A stretch of 64,000 nt of DNA, taken from Squalus acanthias. Taxonomy: Eukaryota. Shown here piece by piece: positions 38,267 through 49,239 of this stretch. A model generated the notes under the pieces. It was given only the letters and a program-made list of their open reading frames with translations. It did no database searches and had not been told where the DNA came from. The stretch lies in assembly GCA_030390025.1 (NCBI GenBank), contig CM059432.1, positions 146,694,001 through 146,758,000 of the forward strand, given 5' to 3'. Within the stretch, counting starts at the first letter, position 1; each line of letters opens with the position of its first letter. Made by a program: the position numbers and the translations under genes.

Positions 38267-38913
38267 GGGCTGGATTTTGTCTTGGGGTCGGGTTGGGGTC
38301 GTGTCATCCGCATTTCGTGTTCCCCCCCGACTCCAGATTAATGTGGATGAATAATACAATTTTCACTTAATTGGGCAATTGAGTTTCAGCATGTGGGAAC
38401 CCATGAACTAATTAGTGGTTTCAGTCTGAACGTCGCCTCTGATGATGGCATCATTGCTGCTGCTGCATTGCAGGTCAGAGACTGACTGCCTGGTCTCAGA
38501 GACTGCCTGGCTGTTGGTGAGAGAGGACTTGCCTGGCTTTTGCTGTGAGTGGACCTGGATGCACAATGTTTGGAGAGAGAGAGAGAGAGAGAGAAGAGAA
38601 GAGAGAGAGAGAGAGAGAGCTATCCACTTGTGCTCCCGCCAGGTTTCACTGGAGTGTGTTTCACATCAGGCGTACTTCACGTTGGAAAAGGGTTAAACTA
38701 GCTAAAATGTTTCAAAATGGCATTACAGAGCCAATTTAGGGCTTGTTAAGGGCTTTAATAGCCTTTCCCGCTTCTTGGAGGCGGGATGGAGTCAGGAACC
38801 CCGCAACTGATTTTGTCAAAATTGCGTGCTGTCAGGATGGGGTCGGGACCCCCGCAAATTTATCCCCCACACGCCTCCAAACCTGACTCCACGGGTCATT
38901 CAAAATCCAGCCC
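38267..38913. mobile_element. Harbinger-type MITE, copy 1
   Basis: TIRs GGGCTGGATTTT / AAAATCCAGCCC; flanks TCG/TAG; paralogous to 39883-40594. Confidence 0.85.
38574..38619 (+). repeat. (GA)n microsatellite inside the MITE
   Basis: Direct observation. Confidence 0.9.
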
Positions 38914-39650
38914 TAGGTGTTTCCTCTTTTTGGCGAAGGGGCTCTCACTTAAGTCGGAAACTTGTTAGCTTTCAAGTTGCAACATAAAAATTCATTTTTG
39001 TTGTACTTGCTCAGAGCTGCTTCAGCACATGTTTTACTGAAGAAGACATTGATTAAACACAGTCGCAGAACAACATGACTTTCCTTGAGAACAGCTGGCA
39101 CATAAAACTGATGAGAACAGTGCAGTCTCTTGGATCACAATGTACCTGTGGAAAGGAAATGATCCTATTACTGTTGAATGAGTGAATTAGTTGCATGCAA
39201 GGTGTAAATCATATCAATTACTGCTAAGCCAAGGCTGGAAATCCAAAAGTGTCAGAATATTAGTCCCGTCTAGTGACCGCTGATGTGCTATGCAATGCTG
39301 AAATTAATATCCAACTGAGAGAGCTATCTCTAATGTACTGTGTCACCTCAGTTCTTTGGGAATGTTCTTCCACTTGGAAATGGACAGAAGTAGTGATAAA
39401 CGTAGTTATCAAAGTGCGTGCATCTGCTTTTAGTTTTGAATTTCCCTCAAAAGAAAAGCTGTAAATTACAAACACCTAAGGGATTGGCATCAGCTGTTCT
39501 TTCATGCAGGTGTCCTTTTTTTTCAAAATGGTCATTGTATGTACTGTAAAAATGTTCCGAACAATCTTGAAGAAATGATGATCAGCACCTAATCAGCTGC
39601 AACTGTGCTAAGAACTTAAGTTTGGAAACAGGTATAACAACAAAACTGTA

Positions 39651-40795
39651 CAGTGGAACCTGTTCCTAATGATGCTCACTCTCAGATGACAGACAACTGT
39701 GGGGTCGGGCGCGTGAGCATCTTTTGACGTGGGCTTTCAACAAGGTTGCTTTTGGAAGCAGGGACAGCGGCTGCAGGGGGTGATTCAAAGCCCAGATACC
39801 GACAGGGACAAAGAGGAATAGCGACAATCCATCGGTCATCACAATCTTCAGACTCAGATACAGTAGGTACTTTGAACACTTTGGGCTGGATTTTGATACT
39901 GGGGCGGGTTGGTGTCGTGTCATCCGCATTTCATGTTATCCACCCGCCTGAAATTGGATGTGGGAGATTGATGCAATTTTTACTTAATTGGGCAATTGAG
40001 TTGCAGCATGTGGGAACCCATGAACCAATTAGTGGTTTCAGTCTGAAAGACGCCTCTGATGATTTCATCATTGCTGGTCAGAGACTGCCTGGTCTCAGAG
40101 ATTGCCTGGCCTTTGCTGTGAGAGGACCTGGATGCAAAATGAGCAGCATCTCAGAGAGAGAGAATTTTTTTTTCCATCCAGGTCCTCCAAAGGCCCCGGC
40201 AGTCTCTGAAGACATTCAGACCTAATACTACAACTACCTTCATCACATCTCCGTTGTAATAGTGGACCTGCAGCTGATAGTCAGCTATCCACTTGTGCTC
40301 CCGCCAGGTTTCACTGGCGTGTTTCACATCAGGCGTGCTTCACGTCAGAAAAGGGTTAAACTAGCTAAAACGTTTCAAAATGGCATTACAGAGCCAATTT
40401 AGGGCTTGTTAAGGGCTTTAATGGCCTCTCCCACCTCTTGGAGGCGGGACAGAGTCGGGAACACCGCGACCGATTTTATCAAAATTGCGTGGAGGCGGGA
40501 TGGAGGCGGGATGGGGTCAGGACCCCCGAATCTGCAACTTTAACCCCCCACATGCCTCCAAACCCGACTCCACGGGTCATTGAAAATCCAGCCCTTTAAA
40601 GTGTGACATCAGGCTGTATCCTGTGATTTAAGTTATAAAAGGGCTTGGTGCATTGAAGGCCGTTCGTAGTTTGTAATTTACGAGTATCCGTGTTTTCAGA
40701 GTGACTCTAGTGTATTTTACAATGCAAGTTATGTGGTACTATCAATAAGTGTCCGTTTTGCAGGTATCCCTTTCTTGGCAGTGTCCGTTTCACTG
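39651..40795. mobile_element. pogo/Tigger-type (Tc1/mariner) MITE hosting a Harbinger MITE
   Basis: TA|CAGTGGAAC ... GTTTCACTG|TA; repeated subterminal agtgtccgttt. Confidence 0.5.
39883..40594. mobile_element. Harbinger-type MITE, copy 2
   Basis: TIRs GGGCTGGATTTT / AAAATCCAGCCC; 3-bp TTT on both flanks. Confidence 0.87.
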
Positions 40796-40944
40796 TACTT
40801 GACTTTTACTCGACTTGCAGTTATTTTTTTATGTTTTAGATCTGACAGTAAAATCAAAGCACTTGTGGCTTTTGTCTATTAGAATCTCAGTTGGATCACA
40901 AGGTCAGCGGTGTGGTGAGCAGGAAAAAAAAACGTTGTTGCCAT

Positions 40945-41099
40945 CAAACGTTCCCTCTGAGCCGCACGGCCGTGGAGGTCCCGCGCTGGCCGCTCACGGG
41001 CTTTACAATGGAAATAACTGCGCATGCGCAAAAAATTGAATGGGCCACGCCGCCAGTTAAAGGGCCAGTGCACCAAAAAAAAAATCACAGGAAACATTG
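40945..41099. mobile_element. hAT-type MITE (155 bp), related to 27808-27975
   Basis: 8-bp TSD GTTGCCAT (40937-40944, 41100-41107); TIRs caaacgttccctctga / tcacaggaaacattg. Confidence 0.85.
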
Positions 41100-41409
41100 G
41101 TTGCCATGGTAAAGTCTCTGGCAGGATACTTCACCATTTTGGACCACTTTAGTGCGCAGCAACCCAAAGTGCTTTGTCATTGTCACCGCACTGCCACAAC
41201 CTAACCACTAGATATTTTCAAAATTCTATTTTGAATGAGAATCTGAAAGCCATACTGCAATAGCTACCAATGTTGTAGACTTAAGGGTAGATTTAACGAA
41301 CTCGTGCTCCCAGTGTGGAGCTTTGAGCGCCAGGAGCACATACCGGGAATTTAGCCCAGCGGGACCCACAAGATTTTCCACCTGGCACATAGAGCTCAAA
41401 ACCGAGCTG

Positions 41410-41790
41410 ACACATTGATATCTTCAATTGGTTGAACAGTTAGCTGTTCACCACAAGTGGGACCATAATGAACGGGCCAGACACATGATAATGTCACAAA
41501 GTGGAAGAGCGCTAGCGGTATTTTCTCATGTCTAATTCTGCCGATAGTATGGATTATGATATTGTAAAGCTGCTATTCTCAGGGCTTATTGCTTCATGTC
41601 TGAAGCTTAAAGGCAGAAGTTTAAGACACTAAAAAGAATCCGGACAATACTTACAGGGAATTGATTATCCAGCGTGAAGACATGGATCAGATGTGGCTGG
41701 AAAGGAAAGACATAACAGATTATGATGGTCTTTGCTATTTAATGGTTAAGGGAGTGATTTCTGGAGATAGTTCCAGACGATTTACGAAAC
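41410..41790 (+). pseudogene. Gypsy (Gmr1-like) gag remnant
   Basis: VEQLAVHHKWD...SGRALAVFS; DYDIVK/AAILRAYCFMSEA*RQKFKTLK; TYRELI...WLERKDITDYDGLCYLMVK. Confidence 0.7.
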
Positions 41791-42145
41791 TAGGCCTTGA
41801 GTTTCTGCTTTTTTCCTGCTCAGATATCAGCGCCATCCGGGCGGAATCGACTGAATCAGCGCAAAATGATCACAGAGTTCAAAACGCGAGTTACGCCCAA
41901 AACCACCTCCGCTCAAGTCTCCAAGATCTTTTATGCTAGTTCAAAAGTCAATCCCCCAAAAGCAGTCCCCGTCCACAAAACTGGCCAAGCCCCCCCCAGG
42001 TTCAATTGGTCGGCAAGGCGAGTTTCTGCCGCTTGCACCCGCTTACGCCCATTCAGGAGGGCTCGTCAAATGGCGCTCATGTTCTTCGGCGCACGGGGAC
42101 CAGTAGGCCCCCATAGTCATGTGATCCCAGCCTCCCTGCAAGTGA

Positions 42146-42298
42146 TGTGGAGATGCCGGTGTTGGACTGGGGCGGACAAATGTGAGAAGTCGCACAACAC
42201 CAGGTCATAGTCCAACAGCTTTATTTGAAATCACAAGCTTTCGGAGCGCTGCTCCTTCGTCAGGTGAAGTGAAGAGATGTATATCGGCACAGCATATA
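42146..42298 (-). mobile_element. 153-bp Penelope-like terminal-repeat insertion
   Basis: 13-bp TSD TCCCTGCAAGTGA (42133-42145, 42299-42311); contains a hammerhead motif and a minus-strand AATAAA. Confidence 0.82.
42231..42267 (-). ncRNA. Minimal type I hammerhead ribozyme motif
   Basis: Minus strand: tcac CTGACGA a ggagc agc gctcc GAAA gc TT gtga; stem I tcac/gtga, stem II ggagc/gctcc, palindromic AGCT stem III. Confidence 0.8.
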
Positions 42299-42498
42299 TC
42301 CCTGCAAGTGACCAGCAATCAATTCAAGCAACTTATCGGCCGGTAGTAAATACTTTATCAGAAAATAGTTAAATTCCGCCATTATTGTATCGTAGAATAG
42401 AGCAACAACAGCTGCTTACGTTTGTAGTGCCTGGAGTTTGCTCTTTGGCCAGTTTTGTGTCTAAAACTAGTTTAAATTCAGACTTGCAGCAAACAAAC

Positions 42499-42625
42499 CT
42501 TCACCACACGGACTGCAGCGGTTGAAGAAGGCGGCTCACCACCACCTTCTCCAGGGCAATTAGGGATGGGCAATAAATGCTGGCCTTGCCAGCAACGTCC
42601 ACATCCCATAAAAACAATTTTTTTT
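42499..42625 (+). mobile_element. 3' end of the second CR1/L2-group LINE family
   Basis: ccacacggactgcagcgg..aagaaggcggctcaccaccacc...tagggatgggcaataaatgctggcc. Confidence 0.85.
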
Positions 42626-42629
42626 AAAA

Positions 42630-43530
42630 ATGGCCCTCTTTCTGGCAATTCCACTCCTTTTTCGTGATGCTGGAGGAGGAGAGAGTAGAGAGTCCCGGAG
42701 GCACGAAGCTCACAGACTCGAGGTGCAAAGCATGAAGTGACACAAGAAGAGAGTGCACGTCATTTGCAGATATCCTGCCCACAGAGTGTCTCGGCCCCAC
42801 ATGAGCTCCAAGGAGATGTGGAAGGAGCTGGTTGTGCACCATCCACACCTCACTAAGTGTGCAATTGGGCAGCTTTGTGATTTACTGCAGGAGGATCTGA
42901 AGCCTTGGTCCATGAGCTGCACGGCCATCACAGTGGAGATGGAGGCCGCCACAGCCTCTGAACTTTTATGGGCGCCGGTCGCTCCAGGAGTCCACGGAGG
43001 ACCCTGTGCTGGATCAGTCAAGGTGCAGTGAGGGAGAGTATCCGGCAGGTGACTGGCGCATTGTTCCACAGGGCTAAGGACTTCATTAAATTTGAAAAGA
43101 CACTGGCAGAGCAACGGCAGCGGTCACTTGACTTCTACCATCTAGCTGGCTTCCGCAAGGTGCTAGGGGCAATTGATGGGATTCATGTGCAGTGCTTCAT
43201 GAACAGAAAGGGATTCCACTCACTTAATGTTCAGATAGCGTGTTACCCCATCTATGCATCATGCCTATGTTATGAGGAACACTGTCATAGCCCGCATGCT
43301 TGAGAAAGGTGAATGACTTGATGGTTGGCTTTTTGGAGACATGGCTTAACCTCTGCTGCCGTGGATTATGATACCATTTCAGGTAGCGCAGACCAAGGCG
43401 GAGTACAGGTACAATGAGCCACGTGTCTCCACCAGTCAGATTGTGGAGAGAGCCATTGGGGTGCTGAACAGCTGCTTCAAGTGCCTGGACAGATCTGGGG
43501 TCATCCTGCAATATTTTCCCATGCCTAGAT
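42630..43530 (+). pseudogene. Harbinger transposase remnant (HARBI1-like)
   Basis: LCDLLQEDL; IRQVTGALF; AGFRKVLGAIDGIHV; NRKGFHSLNVQIAC; IVERAIGVL..CFKCLDRSG. Confidence 0.88.
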
Positions 43531-43804
43531 GAGCTCTTCTAACTTCTGTCCTCCCCTCCCCTCCCCCGTGGTGTGGTGCAAGGATGCCGATCTGATGAGC
43601 CGTGATCCTGTGACTCGCCGACTCTTCCAGCCCTCTGCTCCTGGAGCAGAGATGCTGCTTCCTGCATCCCAGGATTGAGATCCTGAGCTGTTTCGTGCAG
43701 TCTGCCGTGTACAGCTGGCAACGTGCCTACTGCTGTAAGGATGGAGTCCAGGGGTGGTACTGCCACCCATGGAGGTGGAAGCATCGACCACATGGACCCT
43801 ACGT

Positions 43805-44050
43805 GTTAAAGTGTAGTCACTATTGTAATGTAGGAAACACGGCAGTCAATTTGCATTCAGCAAGGTCCCAAAAACAGCAATGTGATCAGGACCAGATCAT
43901 TTTTTTTTTGTGATGTTGATTGAACGATAAATATTGGCCAGGACACTGTGGATAACTCCCCCGCTCTTCTTCTTTTACGTCCACCTGCGAGAGCAGACAG
44001 GGCCTTGGTGTAATGTCTCATCCAAAGGACGGCACCGCTGATGCAGTACA
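43805..44050 (-). mobile_element. DeuSINE fragment
   Basis: aatattggccaggacac...gataactcccc...cttttacgtccacctg...tctcatccaaaggacggcacc. Confidence 0.82.
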
Positions 44051-44549
44051 ATGGTGTAGCACAAGGCCAGCGTTATTAACCCAGAGCAGGCAGCTGCAGA
44101 AATCACTGGCCAAGCTGCATGAGATTTGGGGCTTCCCCCATTTGCAGAAACTCTTGGACAGCTACGGCAATTTCGGGTAAAGAGCTTGCCAGGTTGGCTC
44201 CGAGCACCATGGAGGTGGACAGTGAGGTGGCAAGTGGTGTGCCAAATGGTTCCAGGTGCTTCACAGTCCAGGGAGGCCTGGATAGTACAAACCGAGGCGG
44301 GGTCGGAGAAGGTGCAGCTGGCCAAACACACCCGAGAGCTCAGGGAAAGGAAAAGAGGAAGCTCACCCCTCCCCTCACAGGCTGAAGTTAAAAGGGCATC
44401 ATTTCCTGAGAGGACACGGGATATTTGGGAAGCAAGTCTGCGCCACAAAGTGTGCAGGAGGAAATAGCTTTATATCTCTTAACTGCTCAAGCGGGAGACA
44501 TGGGAGGCCATGGTGCATTGTTTCGCTGGAGGCAGGGTGCGCCATTTGT

Positions 44550-45008
44550 AGGGACTGTCATATGAGAAGAGATTGAGTAAACTAGGCCTGTATTCTCTTG
44601 AATTCAGAAGAATGAGAGGGGATCTCATTGAAGCATACAAAATTATTACAGGGCTTGATAGGATGGATGCTGGGAGAATATTTCCCTTGGCTGGGGAGTC
44701 TAGGAACAGGGGCCGCAGCCTCAGGATAAAGGGTAGGCCATTCAGGACTGAGATGAGAAGAAATTTCTTCACACAGAGGGTGGTGAATGTTTGGAATTCT
44801 CTACCCCAGAGGGCTGTGGAGGCTCAGTCTTTGGGTAGATTCAAAACAGAAGTCGATAGATTTCTGACTAGTAAGGGCATCAAGGGATATGGCGATAGGG
44901 CCGGTGAATGGAGTTGAGGCAGAAGATCAGCCATGATCTCATTGAATGGTGGAGCAGGCTCGAAGGGCTGAATGGCCTACTCCTGCTCCTATTTCTTATG
45001 TTCCTATG
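44550..45008 (+). mobile_element. CR1 LINE, 5'-truncated
   Basis: [17 protein letters not shown]...GIKGYGDRAGEWS*; 3' UTR and tail. Confidence 0.95.
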
Positions 45009-45404
45009 ACTATTTCATCTAGGTAGTGGATCGACAGATGGAACCCAGGAATCGCACACAGGTACCACGCCTTGGCAAAGCGGGCATGTGTGGCAGACCA
45101 CCTGCAGAGGACATACCAGTGGTTTAGAGCCCACCAGAAGATGCAGGCATACCTCGTTGCACCATAGGTAGAACTGTTGCTGGCGCAACAGCTCGGAGGT
45201 GCCAAACACAGGTTTCCACACAACTTGAGGGTGCCTGGGACTTGGGAGCACAGCCAGTCGTGGCAGCACATGTGAGGAGCCCACAGTCTTTGCAAGTAAG
45301 CCATAGGGTTCACAAATGAGAGACCTAATCAGGGGGAGGGAGATAAGTAAAATTTCAGGAATTTTTTTCCAGAGAAAGGATTTGAGCAAAGTTACTTTAT
45401 CTAA

Positions 45405-45620
45405 ATCTGGTAATCTGTGGCTTGCCATCAGAAAAATGACCATTAAAGCTTGCCGTAAAAACCCAACTGGTTCACCACTGTCCTTCAGGGAGGGACCTGT
45501 CACCCCTACCGAATCTGACCTCCTTGTGACTCCAGTTCCACATTATGTGGTTGATTCTTAATGCCCTCAAGGCAACTAGGGATGGGCAATAAAGATTGCC
45601 TTGTCAGTATGGCGCACAAG
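45405..45620 (+). mobile_element. SINE fragment, MetaSINE-like core with the tail of the second LINE family
   Basis: gtaaaaacccaactggttcaccactgtccttcagggaggg core (family name from recall); tail caaggcaactagggatgggcaataaa. Confidence 0.55.
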
Positions 45621-46399
45621 TTACTTCAAAGGAATCTGGAAAGGGAGGGTGAAGAACCAGTTGTCACGGTCCATGTTGGGACAAGGAAGAGCAGGGAGAA
45701 GATCCTGCTAAGAAAGTATCAGGAGCTAGGACCTAAATTACAAAGCAGGACCTCGAGGGTCGTAAGCTCAGGATTTTTACCCAAGCCACGTGCCGATAGG
45801 GACAAACAGATCAGGAATCTGAATGTGTGGCTGAAAGATTGGTATCGGGAAAGGGTTCTATTTCATGGGACATTGGCACCAGTACTGGGACAGGAAGGCA
45901 CTGTACCAATAAAAGGGCAGGGGTAGCGGGTGGTGGGAGGGTTCAGGCAGAAATAATAATAAAAGTGCAAATAGCCTAAAGATAAGAACAAGGGATGAGA
46001 GCAAAGTCCAGATCATAAATAGTGTTAAAGATAATATGAATACTTCAGGCTCAAAAAACATGATCGGAACTAATAAACAAATAACTGATAAAAATACAAC
46101 AGGGATGATGAAAAACAAGAAGTGCGATCAGTTTAAAAAGTGTGAGAAAAACAGCATCGAGTGCAGGGTAGGGTCTGTTGCCCAAATAAGAGTTGTATAC
46201 ACAAAAGGTCATAGCATAAGGAATAAAAAAAGTGAATTACAAGTGCTACTTCAGCTTGAAGGGTCTGATGTAGTGGTCATCATTGAGACGTGGCTACAAG
46301 CTGGGCATGACTGGGAGATAAATATTCCAGGTTAAAAGGTCTTTGGAAAAGACAGGGAGATTGGAAAACGAGGAGTAGCCATATTGATAAGACACTATT

Positions 46400-47168
46400 C
46401 TTCTTAGGCAGTCCCTCGGAACCGAGGATGACTTGCTTCCACACTAAAAATGAGTTCTCAGGTGACTGATGAGCCCAATGCGGAACCTACAGTCTCTGTC
46501 ACAGGTGGGGCAGACGGTGGTTGAAGGGGCAGGTAGGTGGGGTGCTTGGGTTGACGTGCGCTCCTTCCGCTGTTTGCGCTTGGCCTCCGCTTGCTCCCGG
46601 CGAAGAGACGCGAGGTGTTCGGCGCCTTCCCGGATGCTTCTCCTCCACTTTGTGCGGTCTTGGGCCAGGGATTCCCAGGTGTCGGTGGGGATGTTGCACT
46701 TTTTCAAGGAGGCTTTGAAGGTGTCCTTGAAGCGTTTCCTCAGCCCACCTGGGGCTCTCTTGCTGTGTCGGAGCTCCGAGTAGAGCGCTTGTTTTGGGAG
46801 TCTCGTATCGGGCATGCGGACGATGTGGCCCGTCCATCGGAGCTGATCGAGCGTGGTCAAAGCTTCGATGCTGGGGATGCTGGCCTGAGCGAGAACACTG
46901 ACGTTGGTGCGCCTATCCTGCCAATGGATTTGCAGGATCTTGCAGAGGCAGCGTTGATGGTATCTCTCCAGTGCTTTGAGGTGCCTGCTGTAAATTGGTC
47001 CATGTCTCTGAAGCATACAGGAGGGCGGGTATCACTACTGCTCTGTAGACCATGAGCTTAGTGCCGAGTTTGAGGTCCTGGTCTTCAAATACTCTCTTCC
47101 TCAGGCGACCGAAGGCTGCACTGGCACACTGAAGGTGGTGTTGGACTTCGTCATCGACGTCTGCCCTT
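46400..47168 (-). mobile_element. RTE-clade LINE, 5'-truncated
   Basis: LRWTGHIVRMPDTRLPKQALYSEL; RKRFKD; WESLAQDR; CPTCDRDC..RIGLISHLRTH; (AAG)n tail; 9-bp TSD GACACTATT (46391-46399, 47169-47177). Confidence 0.95.
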
Positions 47169-47583
47169 GACACTATTACAGCATTAGAAAGAGGGGATAT
47201 CAGTCAGGGTGAGCAGGCAGTAGAAACTCTCTTGATATAATTGAGGACTAGAAAAAGACTTTGGTGGAAGTTTTCTACCAACCTCCTGATAGCAGTGATA
47301 AAGTAGCGGGATGCATAGGTATAGAAATCAGGGAAGCTTATTGCAAATGCAGCGTGGTTATAATGGGAGACTTTAATTTTCACAGACTGGAAGAAGCAGA
47401 ACAGCTCGCGTCCCAAAGGCAGTAAATTTTGTGAGTGTATTAGAGACAGTTTTGTGGAACAATATGTTCTTGAACCAACAAGAGAACCGGCCGTATTAGA
47501 TTTAGTGTTGAGTAATGAGCCAGAATTAGTCAATGATCTAAGGGAACACATAATTTACAGTGACCATAACATGATTGAATTTG

Positions 47584-47686
47584 ATCAGAAAATGCTGGAA
47601 ATACTCAACAGGTCACCGACTGAGTATTTCCAGCATTTTCTGTTTATATTTCAGATTTCCAGCATGCACAGGATTTTGCTTTTGTG
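47584..47686. mobile_element. Fold-back Penelope-like terminal fragment
   Basis: 22-bp perfect inverted repeat (47586-47607 / 47621-47642); 12-bp TSD TGATTGAATTTG (47572-47583, 47687-47698). Confidence 0.8.
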
Positions 47687-48254
47687 TGATTGAATTTGGT
47701 ATTAGGTTCAAGAGGGAGAAAGGTGAGGCACAAACAAAGAGTTTAAATTTAGGTAAGGCTGACTTTGAAGGGACGAGACAGAAATTGTCCATTGTAAACT
47801 GGGCGAACTGTTAATGGATAAATCTACAGACGAATGGTGGGAGTTGTTCAAAGAAGTATTTGGTAGAATACAAGATGTGTACATACCCCTACAGGGCAAG
47901 AGCTCGAATCATGTAATCAAACAACCTTGGCCAACAGCAGAGGTGAGAGATAGTATCAAATTAAAAGAAAGGGCTTTCACATTCCAAGGAGAGTGGAGAT
48001 CCTATGGACCAGGAGAGATATAAAGAACAGCAAAGGGATATAAAGAAAGTAGTAAGAGTCACAAAAAGAGAACATGAGGAAAAATCTGTGAGGGAGAACA
48101 AGGATAACACTTAAAATTTTCCAAATATATTAAGAGAAAGAGGGTGGCTAAGGGTAATGTGGACCCCTTAAATTGGCCTTGGAGGGGTCGCAGCACAGAT
48201 TCACCAGAATGATACCGGGTCTAAAAGGTTAATTTATGAAGACAGGTTGCTTAT

Positions 48255-49071
48255 ACATAGGAACATAGGAGCAGCAGTAGGCCATTTAGCCCCTCGGTCC
48301 TGTTCCAGCATTCAATGAAATCATGGCTGATCTGCGACCTAACTCCATATACCTGCCTTTGCCCGATATCCCTTAATACCTTTGGTTAACAAAAATCTAT
48401 CGATCTCAGATTTAAAATCAACAATTGATCTAGCATCAACTGCTGCTTGTGGAAGAGAGTTCCAAGCTTCTACCACCCTTTGTGTGTAGAAGTGTTTCCT
48501 AATTTCACTCCTGAAAGGTCTAGCTCTAATTTTTAGGCTATGTCCCCTAGTCCTACAATCCTCAACCAGCGGAAATAGTTTCTCTCTATTTACCCTATCT
48601 GTTCCCCTTAATATCTTGGAACTCCAATCAAATCACCCCTTAACCTTCTAAATTCCAGGGAATACAACCCTAGTTTGTGTAATCTCTCCTCGTAATTTAA
48701 CCCTTGGAGTCCAGGTATCATTCTGGTAAACCTACGCTGCACTCCCTCCAAGGCCAATATATCCTTCCTCAGGTGTGGTGCCCAGAACTGCTCACAGTGC
48801 TCCAGGTGTGGTCTAACCAGGGCTTTGTACAGCTGCAGCATAACTTCTACCCCCTTGTACTCTAGGCCTCTAGAGAAAAGGCCAATGTTCCATTAGCCTT
48901 TTTGATTATTTTTCTGTACCTGTTGATGATATTTTAATGATCTATGTACCTGGACCCCCCAAGTCTCTTTGGACCTCCACTGTTTTTAGCTTTTCACCGT
49001 TCAGAAAGTACCCTGTTCTATCCTTTTTAGGTCCAAAGTGGATGACCTCACATTTGCCTACACTGAAATCC
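48255..49071 (-). mobile_element. CR1 LINE, 5'-truncated
   Basis: [44 protein letters not shown]; ttcctatg tail. Confidence 0.93.
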
Positions 49072-49239
49072 TGACATCACCCCTGAATGGCCAAGCTCTA
49101 ATTTTAAGCTTATGCCTTGTTTTTCTGGACTCCTCACCAGAGCAAATAGTTTCTCTCTATCTACTCTATCAAATCCTTTAATCAACTTAAACCCTCAATT
49201 AGATCACCCCTTAATCTTCTATATTCAAGGGAATACAAG

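Larger units (their letters stand above)
41793..43800. mobile_element. Decayed Harbinger transposon, third copy
   Basis: Transposase remnant on +; GC-rich subterminal region from 41793; right end uncertain. Confidence 0.7.
45625..48170 (+). mobile_element. Old CR1 LINE: end of ORF1 and endonuclease part of ORF2, interrupted by RTE and a Penelope hairpin
   Basis: EEPVVTVHVGT (esterase); SIRNKKSEL..DVVVIIETWL; MGDFN; EPTREPAVLDLVLSNE; SDHNMIEF. Confidence 0.85.

Noticed and set aside
43591..43625. CTGATGA as a second hammerhead core
   Set aside because: No stem II followed by GAAA downstream
44060..45310. GC-richer sequence flanking the CR1 at 44550 as coding DNA
   Set aside because: Probably a decayed mobile element, but I found no motif allowing assignment
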